Shown piece after piece: positions 36,490 to 46,371 of a DNA stretch of 64,000 bases (position 1 is its first letter; the number at the start of each line of letters is the position of its first letter). Under the pieces are notes generated by a model. The model ran no database searches, was not told the origin of the DNA, and saw only the letters and a list, made by a program, of their open reading frames with translations. This DNA comes from Candidatus Eiseniibacteriota bacterium (GTDB taxonomy: Bacteria > Eisenbacteria > RBG-16-71-46 > SZUA-252), in contig DASUFL010000087.1 in assembly GCA_036274595.1 (NCBI GenBank), positions 2,348 to 66,347 on the forward strand, read 5' to 3'. The translations under genes were made by a program, and so were the position numbers.

Positions 36490-38973
36490 ATGACACGTCT
36501 GCTCGCGCCCGCATCGCTTGCCGTTCTGCTCGTGTCCGTTCCGCTCGCCTTGCCCGCAGCCGCGCCCGCGGCCGACCTCGACACGAGATACGGGGCTCCG
36601 TTCTCGACCCTGCCCATGTATCAGACGAACACGAGCGTCCTCATGCGGGACTGGAACGGGGACGGGCTGCTGGACGTCACCGTTACCTGCAACGCGGACG
36701 ACCGCGTCTCCACGCTGAAGGGCGTAGGTCAAGGCGGCTTCGGGGGGCGCATTGATTTCTCCGGCCCGGACGGTCCGTACAAGGTCGCGGCTGGAGACAT
36801 CGATGGCGATGGGACGGCGGACATGGTGCTGGCCCTGTACGACGCGAATTCGGTGCGGGTCTACTACCTCGTGCCGGGCGACGTGAGCTACAGCACCTTC
36901 GCGGATCTGCCCACCGGCTCGGGGCCGGTCGACGTCGCCGTGGCTGACATCGATCAAGACGGAGACAACGACATCGTGACGTCGAACTTCAACTCGAACA
37001 ACATCTCGGTCCTGCGCAACAGCGGCGGCGGCACCTTCCTCCCTCACGCCGACTACGCAGCCGGCCAGAACCCGTGGGGCATGGCCGTGGGACGTGTGAA
37101 CGCCGATGCCTACCCCGACGTCGTCACCGCCGACTTCTCGAGCAGCACCGTGACGCTCTGGCTCGGGTCGTCCACGGGAACGCTCACATTCGGCTACAGC
37201 CTGTCGGCCGGCAGCAATCCTACCGATGTGGCGCTCGTCGACCTGGACGCGGACGGCGTCCAGGACATGGCACTCGCGAATCTCAATGCCCCGAGCATCA
37301 CGCTCGTGGACGCCTATGGAGACATTGCCCTCCAGGTCGTCGGAACTCTCCCGAGCCTCTCCGGCTACGAAGTCGTAGCGGCCGATTTCAACAACGACGG
37401 AAAAGTCGATCTGGCGATCGCGGGGTCCGAGAACGCGAGCGGCTCGGGCACCGTGCACCTCGGATCCGGAGTCGGCGCGTTCGGTCCCCGCCACGATTTC
37501 GCCACGGGAGGGAACCTCTCGATCGGGATGGCGGCGGGGGATCTGGATGGTGACGGAAAGGCCGACCTGGCCCTCGCCTCATCGCCGAACAATGTCTCGC
37601 TGCTCCGGGGGAATGGCGACGGAACGTTCGGCGTGAATCGAGCGGTGGCTCCCGACGGCGTGAACGCGGATTTCAAGAGAGTGGCGCTGGCCGAGATGAC
37701 CGGTGACAGCCATCTCGATCTCGTCCTCGCGGGAAATGCCAACGTGCGCGTCGCCCAGGGAAACGGCTCCGGCGCCTTCTCCTTCGTAGGACAGAGCGGA
37801 GCTCCGGCGGTCGATATCGCCGTGGCCGACCTCGATGGCGATGGCGATCGCGACATCGCGAGCGTCAGCGGCACCGCGTTCACGAACCTCGCCATCTCCT
37901 ACAATCCGGGGAACGGGGCCATCGCGACGGGCGCCATCTACACGGTGGGAGGAATCGCTCTGGCGGTGGCCGCTGGTGACGTCGACCACGACGGGTACCC
38001 CGATCTGGTCGTCGGCTGCGACGTCCCCGGCGATCTCTTCTTCTTGCGGAACCTTGGGGACGGCTCGTTCGCCGCTGCGACGTCCGTCGCGGGGAGCGGG
38101 TGGCGGCGTGCCGTGGCCGTCGTCGACGTGGACGGAGACGGCGACCCCGACATCGTGGCCGCGAATTACCTCGCGGACAACGTGGAGGTCTACCCGGGAG
38201 ATGGCTCGGGGGGCTTCGGACCGAGCACGACCTTCGCGACGGGACACCGACCGGTCTCGATCGGGACCGGCGACTTCAATACGGACGGAGCTACCGATCT
38301 CGCTCTCGCATGCGAAGGGAACACGATTTCCGTCCTTCTGAATTCCGGGAGCGGAACGTTTCTCCCCGCGACCGCGTACGTCAAGCCTGGTGTCTGGAGC
38401 GGTATCGCGGTCGGGAGCGCGGACCAGGACGCCTCGCCCGATCTCTTCGTCGTCGACGGTTACAACTATTCCGTCTCGATCCTGAACGGCTCGCCCGGGG
38501 GCGGATTCACGTTCCAGGGACGCTCCTGGGGTGTCCCGGCGACGCCGGAGGGGCTCGCCGTTGGCGATCTGAACGAGGATGGCCGCACGGATATCGTGGC
38601 GTCCGGAGGCGCACTCTACGGAGGAGCCGGTTTCGCGCAGGTTCTCCTGTACGAGGGAGGGACCGTGACGGGGGTCGAGTCCTCTCCGGCCATCGATCGG
38701 AACGGGCTCGCCCAGAACCGGCCCAATCCATTCAATCCTCGCACCGAGATTTCCTTCGTGATGGCGCGAAGCGGTCCGGCGACGCTTCGCGTCTACGACG
38801 CAAGTGGGCGTCTGGTTCGGACCCTCCTCGAGCGGTCGCTCGATGCTGGACTCCACAGTGCTGGATGGGACGGCATGGACGCAGAGGGCCGGAGGGCGGC
38901 TTCGGGAGTCTATTTCTACCGTCTGGTCACGCCGGGATTCGACAGCGCGAAGAAGATGCTGCTGATGAAGTAA
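36490..38973 (+). CDS. FG-GAP/VCBS repeat (integrin-alpha-like beta-propeller) protein with T9SS-type C-terminal sorting domain
   Basis: Signal peptide. Many DxDGDGxxD/FG-GAP motifs. C-terminus NRPNPFNPRTEISFVMARSGPATLRVYDASGRLVRTLL...SGVYFYRLV...KKMLLMK matches the TIGR04183-like tail. Confidence 0.8.
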   Translation: MTRLLAPASLAVLLVSVPLALPAAAPAADLDTRYGAPFSTLPMYQTNTSVLMRDWNGDGLLDVTVTCNADDRVSTLKGVGQGGFGGRIDFSGPDGPYKVAAGDIDGDGTADMVLALYDANSVRVYYLVPGDVSYSTFADLPTGSGPVDVAVADIDQDGDNDIVTSNFNSNNISVLRNSGGGTFLPHADYAAGQNPWGMAVGRVNADAYPDVVTADFSSSTVTLWLGSSTGTLTFGYSLSAGSNPTDVALVDLDADGVQDMALANLNAPSITLVDAYGDIALQVVGTLPSLSGYEVVAADFNNDGKVDLAIAGSENASGSGTVHLGSGVGAFGPRHDFATGGNLSIGMAAGDLDGDGKADLALASSPNNVSLLRGNGDGTFGVNRAVAPDGVNADFKRVALAEMTGDSHLDLVLAGNANVRVAQGNGSGAFSFVGQSGAPAVDIAVADLDGDGDRDIASVSGTAFTNLAISYNPGNGAIATGAIYTVGGIALAVAAGDVDHDGYPDLVVGCDVPGDLFFLRNLGDGSFAAATSVAGSGWRRAVAVVDVDGDGDPDIVAANYLADNVEVYPGDGSGGFGPSTTFATGHRPVSIGTGDFNTDGATDLALACEGNTISVLLNSGSGTFLPATAYVKPGVWSGIAVGSADQDASPDLFVVDGYNYSVSILNGSPGGGFTFQGRSWGVPATPEGLAVGDLNEDGRTDIVASGGALYGGAGFAQVLLYEGGTVTGVESSPAIDRNGLAQNRPNPFNPRTEISFVMARSGPATLRVYDASGRLVRTLLERSLDAGLHSAGWDGMDAEGRRAASGVYFYRLVTPGFDSAKKMLLMK

Positions 38974-38978
38974 TTTGA

Positions 38979-39016
38979 GCGCCCGGCCGCAGCCGGGCGG
39001 AACTCCTGTTCTTTCC
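38979..39016 (+). terminator. possible intrinsic terminator (GCCCGGC-CGCA-GCCGGGC followed by T-rich tract)
   Basis: 7-bp GC stem immediately after the stop of the FG-GAP gene, with TTCTTTCC downstream. Confidence 0.4.
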
Positions 39017-39106
39017 GTGAGGCGGTGGCGACCGAGGCGGAACCCGGAGCGATCCAGGTTCCGCCTTCGCCTTACGCGTTCCAGGCCAACCATTTGAGTC
39101 GATCCC

Positions 39107-39135
39107 TTGACAGCGAGCTATCTTGATGATATCAT
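39107..39135 (+). promoter_or_regulatory. sigma70-like promoter TTGACA-17 nt-TATCAT in an AT-rich island, with RBS GAAAGGAG before the SPFH gene
   Basis: Near-consensus -35/-10 with 17-nt spacing about 65 nt upstream of ATG 39202. The local AT-richness stands out in 70% GC DNA. Confidence 0.5.
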
Positions 39136-39201
39136 ATTAGTATCGAACCACGGGACAGCCACGGTGGCCGTCCCGGCACCTCGAAAGGAGCGTGTTCGTC
39201 C

Positions 39202-40074
39202 ATGATCCACGAACGTCGGGTCGCTGCCCTGAGCGGGGCCATCGGTCTGACCATCACCCTGCTTCTCGGGGGATTGGCCGTTTATCTCTTCGTCGGCGCG
39301 GTCCAAGCCGGCCGTCCTCTCCTGCTCGCGACGACAGTGCTTCCCCTGGCTGTCGTCACGGCGCTTTGCGCGGCGGGACTCTTCACGGTCCAGCCAAACC
39401 AGGCCGTGGTCTTGATCCTGTTCGGATCCTACGCGGGGACGGTGCGCGACAGCGGCTGGTGGTGGACGAACCCCTTCAACACGCGGAAGAGGATCTCGCT
39501 CCGCGTGCGGTCCCTGAACGGACACATGATCAAGGTGAACGATCACGCCGGGAATCCGGTCGAGATCGCCGCCGTCGTCGTGTGGAACGTTCTGGACACG
39601 GCGCAGGCCGTGTTCGACGTGGAGAACTACGAGGACTTCGTCTCGGTGCAGAGCGAGACCGCGGTCCGGCATCTCGCGAGCATCTATCCGTACGACGAGT
39701 ACGACCACGACGCGATCTCGCTGCGCGGGAGCACGGACAAGGTGTCCGACGCGCTTCGCGCCGAGCTCCAGGAGCGTCTGCGTCCGGCGGGCGTGCAGAT
39801 CGTCGAGGCCAGGCTGAGCCACCTCGCGTACGCGCCCGAGATCGCGGGGGCGATGCTCCAGCGCCAGCAGGCCGCGGCCATCATCGCGGCGCGTCAGCGG
39901 ATCGTGGAGGGCGCGGTGGGCATGGTGGAGATGGCGCTCGAGCGGCTGAGCGCGAACAAGATCGTGGAGCTGGATGAGGAGCGGAAGGCCGCGATGGTGT
40001 CGAACCTGCTCGTGGTGCTCTGCGGCGAGCGCGCCGCGACGCCCGTGCTCAACACGGGAACGCTGTACAACTGA
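39202..40074 (+). CDS. SPFH/band-7 domain membrane protein
   Basis: 290 aa. N-terminal TM helices, then a band-7 core ([26 protein letters not shown]... [10 protein letters not shown]...). Confidence 0.75.
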   Translation: MIHERRVAALSGAIGLTITLLLGGLAVYLFVGAVQAGRPLLLATTVLPLAVVTALCAAGLFTVQPNQAVVLILFGSYAGTVRDSGWWWTNPFNTRKRISLRVRSLNGHMIKVNDHAGNPVEIAAVVVWNVLDTAQAVFDVENYEDFVSVQSETAVRHLASIYPYDEYDHDAISLRGSTDKVSDALRAELQERLRPAGVQIVEARLSHLAYAPEIAGAMLQRQQAAAIIAARQRIVEGAVGMVEMALERLSANKIVELDEERKAAMVSNLLVVLCGERAATPVLNTGTLYN

Positions 40075-40077
40075 GCC

Positions 40078-40296
40078 ATGACGCCCCGCAAGGCGTTCCT
40101 GCTCCGGATCGACCCGGAGCTCTGGCGGGCGATCGAAGCCTGGGCGGCCGACGAGCTACGCAGCGTGAACGGGCAGATCGAATATCTGCTCTCCAACGCT
40201 GTGAAGGGCGCCGGCCGTTCCAGGTCTTCGAAGGCTAGAGAGCGTCCTCGTCGTCCGCCGGAGGCGGAGGGGGAGGAGCCGGACGATCGTTCTTGA
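40078..40296 (+). CDS. Arc/MetJ-type ribbon-helix-helix domain protein with acidic/basic tail
   Basis: 72 aa. [36 protein letters not shown] matches the Arc-like RHH pattern (F.LR.P.EL...I...A....RS.N.EI...L). Starts 3 nt after the SPFH stop. Confidence 0.55.
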   Translation: MTPRKAFLLRIDPELWRAIEAWAADELRSVNGQIEYLLSNAVKGAGRSRSSKARERPRRPPEAEGEEPDDRS

Positions 40297-40960
40297 AGTA
40301 GGAGCGTTCATCGCTGTCGCCGCCGAGATCGCGGCGTCCTTCATCCCGATCGTCCTCGAGATCGTTCCAGAGCTCGCGCCGATCCTCACGTAGCTCCCTC
40401 CCGCTCGCAAGCGCATCCTCCCTCGTCAGCCTCGAGAATTCCCGCAGCAGTCTCCTCTCGCGATCGAGCGCCCACGGCGCCCCGCGCGAGACGCTGGTCT
40501 CGATCGACGCGAGCTCGTGCACCACGCGCCGCTCGCGCGCGAGGCGAGCGCGCGCGGCCTCGGCGTCGCGGCGGTCGTCCCAGCGCGCGTCCGTATCGTC
40601 GCGGTCCCACCGAGCCTCGCCCTGATCGAGCGTGAGATCCCGGCGCGATTCCACGAGCTCGAGGCGCATGAGACGCTGCAGCTCGAGCCGTGCGCGCCGC
40701 TCTTCGAAGCGATCCCCCACCCGCTCCGCGCGCACGAGCCTCTGGAGCTGTCGATCGAACCGGCGAACGTCGGCCCAGTCGCCGCTTCGATCCCACTGGT
40801 CGTGGCGCAGCTCCTGCCGGTCACCCCCGATCTCCCCTCCGACCTGAGCCTGGGCCCGAGGGGCGAAGAGCAGGAACAGGGTCGCGACGGTGCCCGCCGC
40901 GATGGCCGCCACGATCCATGGGCGTTCGTAGGTTTTCGTCCACACTGTGTCGGTGCGCAT
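40235..40960 (-). CDS. hypothetical exported highly charged (Arg/Asp/Glu-rich) coiled-coil protein with LTXXQ-like motif
   Basis: Start at ATG 40960 (MRTDTVW...). Signal/anchor [24 protein letters not shown]. Contains repeated RRxxxR / DxxRxD units and LTLDQ (the CpxP/Spy-family signature), and ends with a poly-Pro tail. Confidence 0.4.
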   Translation of the reverse strand: MRTDTVWTKTYERPWIVAAIAAGTVATLFLLFAPRAQAQVGGEIGGDRQELRHDQWDRSGDWADVRRFDRQLQRLVRAERVGDRFEERRARLELQRLMRLELVESRRDLTLDQGEARWDRDDTDARWDDRRDAEAARARLARERRVVHELASIETSVSRGAPWALDRERRLLREFSRLTREDALASGRELREDRRELWNDLEDDRDEGRRDLGGDSDERSYFKNDRPAPPPPPPADDEDAL

Positions 40961-41036
40961 CGCGTCTCCTCCGGCTCTGGCATTGGGGCACAACGGGTTC
41001 GGTCCGCGAGCGGACCGATGCCGGAGGAGAGGGCAA

Positions 41037-42488
41037 CTACCGTGCCCGGGCGGAGGCCTCGTGGACGGTGTGGAGGAGGGGCTGGTCGAACCGGATCTCG
41101 CGCACGGGCCCGTAGCTCCGCGCGACCTTCCGGATGGCGGCCGCGTTCCCGATCATCACGATGGAGAGGTCTTGGGGATCGGGATAGACGCGCCGGATGA
41201 CGGGGAGGATCGACGCGTCCGGGACGCGCTGGATCCGCTCGACGTACTGGGTCACCTCGGTGATCGGGAATCCGTGATACGCGAGATCGGCGAACGTGGC
41301 CGCGATCTGGTCCCCGGTTTCGTAGTCGGGCGGATAGAGGCCGCTCAAGTAGCTCTTCACCGATGCGACCGTCGTCGCGTCGATCCCCTTCTCGCGAAGC
41401 TGGCCGAGGAGGCGCAGCGCCATGTCCATCGCGCGCTGCGTGGAGTCGGTCTTCGTGAAGCTCGAGATGGCGACCGAGGCGGGCTGCCCCAGGCGCAGGA
41501 AGCGGCAGCGCACGCCATACGTGAGGCCGCTCTTGGTGCGCATCTCATTGTTCAGGATGGATGTGAATCGCCCGCCGAAGGCCGTGTTCGCCACGTCCAC
41601 CACGTCCCGGTCCGGATCGTGGCGCCCGATGCCGCGGTTTCCCATCCAGAAGTAGGTCTGGGACGCATCCGGCTTGTCCACGAGGAGCACGCGGCGTCCA
41701 TCGACCCGCGGAGTCTCGGGCACGTTCGGAAGCGGGTCGGTGGCACGCGCCCAGTCGCCGAACGCCGCCCTGAGCCGCGACTCCATGCGCTTGGAGTCGA
41801 AGTCCCCCACCACCGCGAGGATCAACCGATCGCCGCCGAACCGGCCCCGATAGCAGGCGATCACATCGTCGCGCGTGATGCCCGCCACCGTGCTTTCGTC
41901 TCCGCTGGTCGGTCGGCCGTAGAGATGGTCCGGGAACAGGTAGGCGAGGCCGTACTCGCCGAGCACCCCCCACGGATCGTCCTTCTCGGACTTGAGCGCG
42001 TCGACCGTCTGCGCGCGGAGCTTCACGAACTCGGAGTCCGGGAAGAGCGGGTGCCGGAACGAATCGCGCAAGAGCTCGACCATGAGCGCTTCGTCCCTGG
42101 ACATGAACTCGCCCGCGGCCCAGAAGATCTCCAGACCGCCTCCCGTGTCGAACGAGGCGCCCGCTCCGTCCGCGGCCTGGGAGATCTGGAGAGCGGAGCG
42201 CTTCCCCGCTCCCTTCCGCAGCATCGCCCCGGTGAGCGCGGCCAGGCCCTCCTTGCCCGGGGGATCGGCGAGCGATCCACCGTTCACGAACGCCCGGAAA
42301 GCAATGAGCGGGAGATCGTGCCGCTCCGCCAGAATGATCCGCGCGCCATTCCCGAGGGTGATCGCGCGCGACTTGGGGAGAACGATCTCCGCGCCGGCGG
42401 GCGTGCCGAGCAGAGCCGTGAGCACGAGCGCCGCGAGCACGGTGCGCAGCGCGGCCACGGGAGCGCGCGTCCGGAAACCGGTCGTCAT
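41037..42488 (-). CDS. M16 family peptidase subunit lacking the HXXEH motif (non-catalytic partner)
   Basis: 483 aa with signal peptide and M16 N- and C-domain architecture, but no HXXEH. ATGA overlap with the upstream M16 gene. Confidence 0.7.
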   Translation of the reverse strand: MTTGFRTRAPVAALRTVLAALVLTALLGTPAGAEIVLPKSRAITLGNGARIILAERHDLPLIAFRAFVNGGSLADPPGKEGLAALTGAMLRKGAGKRSALQISQAADGAGASFDTGGGLEIFWAAGEFMSRDEALMVELLRDSFRHPLFPDSEFVKLRAQTVDALKSEKDDPWGVLGEYGLAYLFPDHLYGRPTSGDESTVAGITRDDVIACYRGRFGGDRLILAVVGDFDSKRMESRLRAAFGDWARATDPLPNVPETPRVDGRRVLLVDKPDASQTYFWMGNRGIGRHDPDRDVVDVANTAFGGRFTSILNNEMRTKSGLTYGVRCRFLRLGQPASVAISSFTKTDSTQRAMDMALRLLGQLREKGIDATTVASVKSYLSGLYPPDYETGDQIAATFADLAYHGFPITEVTQYVERIQRVPDASILPVIRRVYPDPQDLSIVMIGNAAAIRKVARSYGPVREIRFDQPLLHTVHEASARAR

Positions 42489-43912
42489 GGCTTCCCCTTC
42501 CGCGCGGACGACGAGCCCTTGGCGTCGGCCTCGGGCTCGTTCTCCGGGACCAGCGTCCCGACCGTGCGATTCTTCTCCGTGAAGATGCGCCGCGCGACCT
42601 CCTGGACCTTCTGACGCGTCACCTTCTCGTAGCGCGCCGGCGCGGTGAAGAGCATCCGGTAGTCGCCGCGCAGCGTCTCGTAGCGTCCGAGAGCGGACGC
42701 CTTGTCGTCGATGGTCTTGAGCGATCGCCAGTACGAGGCCAGGCGGATGGTCTTGGCCTTCTTGAGCTCGGCCTCGGTGACGCCATCCTTCGCGACGCGC
42801 GCGAGCTCGTCGAGCAGGGAGGCTTCCGCGGCCTCGAGCCCCTTGTCCGGAGCGACCGTCACGAAGAACGCGTAGAGGCCGGGATCGAAGCCCCGCTGGA
42901 GCCAGGAACCCACGTCCACCGCCACGCGATCGCGATCGACCATCCGCTGGTAGAGGCGCGACGATTCGCCGGCCGTGAGGATCATGTCCAGGAGCTCCTC
43001 CGCCTCGGCGTCGGGGCCGCTCGCCGAGCCCGCGTGGTAGCCGACCTCGAGGAGCGGCACCGGTGCGGGACGGCGGATCTCGACCCGGCGCTCGCCCATC
43101 TGCGGCGGCTCGATCGTGCGCACCTCGGGCGGCGGCGGCTGCGCCGGGATGCCCGCGAAGTACCTGTCCATGAGCGTCATGATCTCCGGCCCCGTCACGT
43201 CTCCGACGACGACGAGCACCGCGTTGTTCGGCGCGTAGTAGATGCGGAAGTACTCCTTCAGGTCGGCCATGGTCCAGCGCTCGATGTCGCTCGGCCATCC
43301 GATCGTGGGGATCTGGTACGGATGCGCTTCGAACGCCGTCGCTTCCAACGACTCGTCGAGGAACTGCTGGTTGTTGTTGTCCACGCTCGTGCGCCGCTCG
43401 GAGTAGACCACCTCGCGCTCGCTCTGCACGGAGGTGGAGTCGAACGTGAGGCAGCACATCCGGTCCGCCTCCATGCGGAGGACGAGATCGAGCGCGCTCT
43501 TGGCGAACCAGTCCGAATAGACGGTCACGTCCTGGGTCGTGAAGGCGTTGTTCGCGCCGCCGTTCCCTTCCATGACCCGGTCGAACTCGCCGCCGGGGTA
43601 GTTCTTCGAGCCGAGGAACATCATGTGCTCGAAGAAGTGCGAGAGCCCTGTGATGCCGTTGTGCTCGTTGCGGCTCCCCACCTTGTGCCAGATGTAGAGC
43701 GCGACGTTCGGAATGTCGTGGTCGGGCCAGACGATCACGCGAAGACCGTTGGGCAGGGTCTTGGCGACGATGTCGGAGCCGATCGCCCCCTTCTTGGGAG
43801 TGGGCTTGGCGGCCGCGCGCGGCTGCGCGAACGCCGGTGGGGCGAGCGTCAAGAAGGCCGCGACGAGCGCGGCCGGCAGCCGTAACCTGGTCTCCAGACG
43901 GCGCTGGGCCAT
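42485..43912 (-). CDS. M16 family zinc peptidase (pitrilysin/insulinase-like), catalytic subunit
   Basis: Start at ATG 43912 (MAQRRLETRL... signal). Inverted zinc motif HFFEHMMF (HXXEH) with downstream Glu. Confidence 0.8.
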   Translation of the reverse strand: MAQRRLETRLRLPAALVAAFLTLAPPAFAQPRAAAKPTPKKGAIGSDIVAKTLPNGLRVIVWPDHDIPNVALYIWHKVGSRNEHNGITGLSHFFEHMMFLGSKNYPGGEFDRVMEGNGGANNAFTTQDVTVYSDWFAKSALDLVLRMEADRMCCLTFDSTSVQSEREVVYSERRTSVDNNNQQFLDESLEATAFEAHPYQIPTIGWPSDIERWTMADLKEYFRIYYAPNNAVLVVVGDVTGPEIMTLMDRYFAGIPAQPPPPEVRTIEPPQMGERRVEIRRPAPVPLLEVGYHAGSASGPDAEAEELLDMILTAGESSRLYQRMVDRDRVAVDVGSWLQRGFDPGLYAFFVTVAPDKGLEAAEASLLDELARVAKDGVTEAELKKAKTIRLASYWRSLKTIDDKASALGRYETLRGDYRMLFTAPARYEKVTRQKVQEVARRIFTEKNRTVGTLVPENEPEADAKGSSSARKGKP

Positions 43913-44082
43913 TCTTCGAAACACGGCGTCCGAGTCCTCCGTAGGATCGACGAGTCTAGTCCCGGCCCGGGGTTCTGTCACGCGGCGCCCACCCGGCCCT
44001 ATAGTGAACGGCCATCGAAGGCTTCCCCGGGCGGCGGGATCGCCGGCCGTGGATGCTACGGCACCCCAGAGGAGGAGCAACC

Positions 44083-44883
44083 ATGCCGACCATGCACGAG
44101 GTCGATTACGAGATCCTGGGCGACGACATGCAGTTCGTCCGCATCATCCTGGATCCGGGCGAGGCGGTCGTCGCCGAGGCGGGCGGAATGATGTACCTCG
44201 AGGACGGGATCCAGATGGACACCATCTTCGGCGACGGCTCGCAGCCGAACCAGGATTTCCTTGGCAAGCTGGTCGGCGCCGGCAAGCGGCTCCTCACGGG
44301 CGAGTCGCTCTTCATGACCGTCTACCACAACGAGGGACGCGAGCGCCGCGCGGTCGCGTTCGCCGCTCCGTACCCCGGCAAGATCGAGCCCCTCCACTTG
44401 AAGGAGCTCGGAGGCGAGATCATCGCGCAGAAGGACTCGTTCCTCGCCGCGGCGAAGGGCGTGAGCGTCGGGATCGCGTTCAACAAACGGTTCGGCGTGG
44501 GACTGTTCGGCGGCGAAGGCTTCATCATGGAGCGCCTGACCGGCGACGGCTGGTGCTTCGTGCACGCCGGGGGCACGCTCGAGAAGCGGCAGCTTACGGC
44601 GGGCGAGACGCTCCGAGTGGACACGGGATGCATCGTGGCGCTGCAGCCCTCGGTCTCGTACGACATCCAGTACGTGGGCAAGCTGAAGAGCGCGATCTTC
44701 GGCGGCGAGGGGCTCTTCTTCGCGACGCTCCGGGGCCCCGGGACCGTCTGGCTGCAGTCGCTCCCGTTCAGCCGCCTCGCGAGCCGCATCTACGCGGCCG
44801 CGCCGCAGGCCGGTGGACGCCGGCGCGAGGAAGGCTCGCTCCTCGGCGGTCTCGGGAATCTCCTCGACGGCGACGGGCAGTAG
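44083..44883 (+). CDS. TIGR00266/AIM24 (DUF124) family protein
   Basis: Start at ATG 44083 with upstream GAGGAGGAG. Sequence pattern of the AIM24 family (…[18 protein letters not shown]…[22 protein letters not shown]…). Confidence 0.7.
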   Translation: MPTMHEVDYEILGDDMQFVRIILDPGEAVVAEAGGMMYLEDGIQMDTIFGDGSQPNQDFLGKLVGAGKRLLTGESLFMTVYHNEGRERRAVAFAAPYPGKIEPLHLKELGGEIIAQKDSFLAAAKGVSVGIAFNKRFGVGLFGGEGFIMERLTGDGWCFVHAGGTLEKRQLTAGETLRVDTGCIVALQPSVSYDIQYVGKLKSAIFGGEGLFFATLRGPGTVWLQSLPFSRLASRIYAAAPQAGGRRREEGSLLGGLGNLLDGDGQ

Positions 44884-44915
44884 CGGGTCGTCGAGAGCGA
44901 CCCAGGGCGTTGCGC

Positions 44916-45134
44916 CTATCGTCGGCGCAGCGCCCAGAATAGAAGCGAGAGGACCAAGCTCAGGAGGAGCGAGGTCCCGAGCGGAATGTAGACCTTCCAG
45001 CTCGGTCCGCCGAAGCGGAAGTCGCCGGGCAAGCGCCCGAGCCAGGGGATGCGCGGCCCCCACGTCAAGACCGCTCCCACAAGAAAGAGCGCGGCTCCAA
45101 GAACGAGGAGCGCGCGCCCCCAGGATTCGTTCAT
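44916..45134 (-). CDS. DUF2905 family small membrane protein
   Basis: 72 aa with two TM segments and a GDFRFGGPSWKVYIPL motif. Confidence 0.6.
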   Translation of the reverse strand: MNESWGRALLVLGAALFLVGAVLTWGPRIPWLGRLPGDFRFGGPSWKVYIPLGTSLLLSLVLSLLFWALRRR

Positions 45135-45149
45135 CCCTCGACGATACGC

Positions 45150-46238
45150 TCAGGGCTTTCGCTCCCGCAAGGTGACGGTGCCCGAGCCGGTCTCGATGCC
45201 GATCGAGCCGCGCCCGTCCCCGATCCGCCCGACCAGGGCGTCGTGCTTCCGCACCTGCGTCTCGAGGGCCAGCTCGGAGCGGATCCCGCCGCTTCCCGAT
45301 TCCACCGAGACCTGCGCGCCGACGTCAGGCGGGAAGGAGACCGTGATGTCGCCGCTGCCCGATTCCACGAGGAGCGTCGAGACGTCGCCGGCCAGGTCGA
45401 GATCGATCTCGCCCGATCCGGTGTCCATGGTGACCGACTTCGCATCCACGTTCTCCAGATTGATCGAGCCGGAACCCGTGTCGATCGCGAGCGATCGTGC
45501 CCTCAAATTCTCCCCGGCCACCTCGCCCGAGCCCGTGTCCACGAGGATGTCCTCACTCGTGCGCACGTCGCGAAGGTGGACGCGTCCGGATCCGGTATCG
45601 ATGTTGATCGTCGCATCCGAACCGAGCACCTCGACTTCGCCCGAGCCGATGTCCGCGTGGAACGGGCCGTGCATGTCCTCGGCGTGAATCGGCATCGCGG
45701 CGCCGTCCAGGAAGAGGTCGGCATCGACCCGGGCCACCGAGGCGCTGCCATGCCCCCAGTTGACCTTCAGCTGGGTCCCTGGCGGGACGAAGAGCTTCAC
45801 GTCGGCGCTCGCCTCGACCCCCGGACCGCGGCCGGAGAGAGTCATCCGGTCTCCCTTTTCGACGCCATCCTGGTCGTCCCCAAAGGTCCCGTCGTCCCTC
45901 ACGCGCATCGTGGTCGTGGAGTTGTGCCCCATGGAGCGGTCGATCACGTGGTCTCCCGGATAGAGCACTCGGAGGGTCTGGCGGCCCCGGACCGGCCCGG
46001 TCAAAACCTTGAGCTTGGCGGCATCCGGCCCCTGGAGGTCGACCTCGGCCATGACGGCCGAGCCGGTCCCGGGCACGATCTCGAGTGACCCCACGAGGTT
46101 GTAGACGGACACCCTGTTGCCGGTGATGGTGTAGCGGACCGGAGCCGCCTGGGCTTTGCCCCACCCGAGGCCAGCCCCTGCGAGAACGAGGAGGAGTCCC
46201 GCGGCGCGGGATCCGGCCAAGCCACGTCGAACGCTCAT
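45150..46238 (-). CDS. DUF4097 family beta-strand repeat (putative adhesin-like) protein
   Basis: Signal peptide. More than 10 repeats of the (I/V)DTGSG(E/S)(I/V) motif at about 18-20 aa spacing. Divergent from the ECF sigma gene. Confidence 0.7.
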   Translation of the reverse strand: MSVRRGLAGSRAAGLLLVLAGAGLGWGKAQAAPVRYTITGNRVSVYNLVGSLEIVPGTGSAVMAEVDLQGPDAAKLKVLTGPVRGRQTLRVLYPGDHVIDRSMGHNSTTTMRVRDDGTFGDDQDGVEKGDRMTLSGRGPGVEASADVKLFVPPGTQLKVNWGHGSASVARVDADLFLDGAAMPIHAEDMHGPFHADIGSGEVEVLGSDATINIDTGSGRVHLRDVRTSEDILVDTGSGEVAGENLRARSLAIDTGSGSINLENVDAKSVTMDTGSGEIDLDLAGDVSTLLVESGSGDITVSFPPDVGAQVSVESGSGGIRSELALETQVRKHDALVGRIGDGRGSIGIETGSGTVTLRERKP

Positions 46239-46339
46239 GCGTCGCTCCTTTCGGTTTCAGAATGTTGAAGGGACGCCTGTTGAGAGGGTCCCGGAGCCGA
46301 AAACGTTGGGGCCGAGGGGGACCTGCCCCTAGACTTCCC

Positions 46340-46366
46340 TACGCGCCCCCCGTCCGACCAGTTTCC
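46340..46366 (-). promoter_or_regulatory. ECF-sigma-type promoter candidate (GGAAAC-N16/17-CGTA) upstream of the DUF4097 gene
   Basis: On the minus strand: GGAAAC (46366-46361), 16-17 nt spacer, GCGTA (46344-46340). Resembles AAC/CGT-type ECF promoters. About 100 nt upstream of ATG 46238. Confidence 0.35.
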
Positions 46367-46371
46367 AACCC

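Noticed and set aside
36349-37494. 381-aa minus-strand ORF
   Set aside because: Antisense to the FG-GAP/T9SS gene, which has strong repeat and CTD evidence.
38974-39100. Possible tRNA-like sequence in the FG-GAP/SPFH intergenic region
   Set aside because: There is no GTTCRANYC T-loop or cloverleaf; only a terminator-like hairpin was found.
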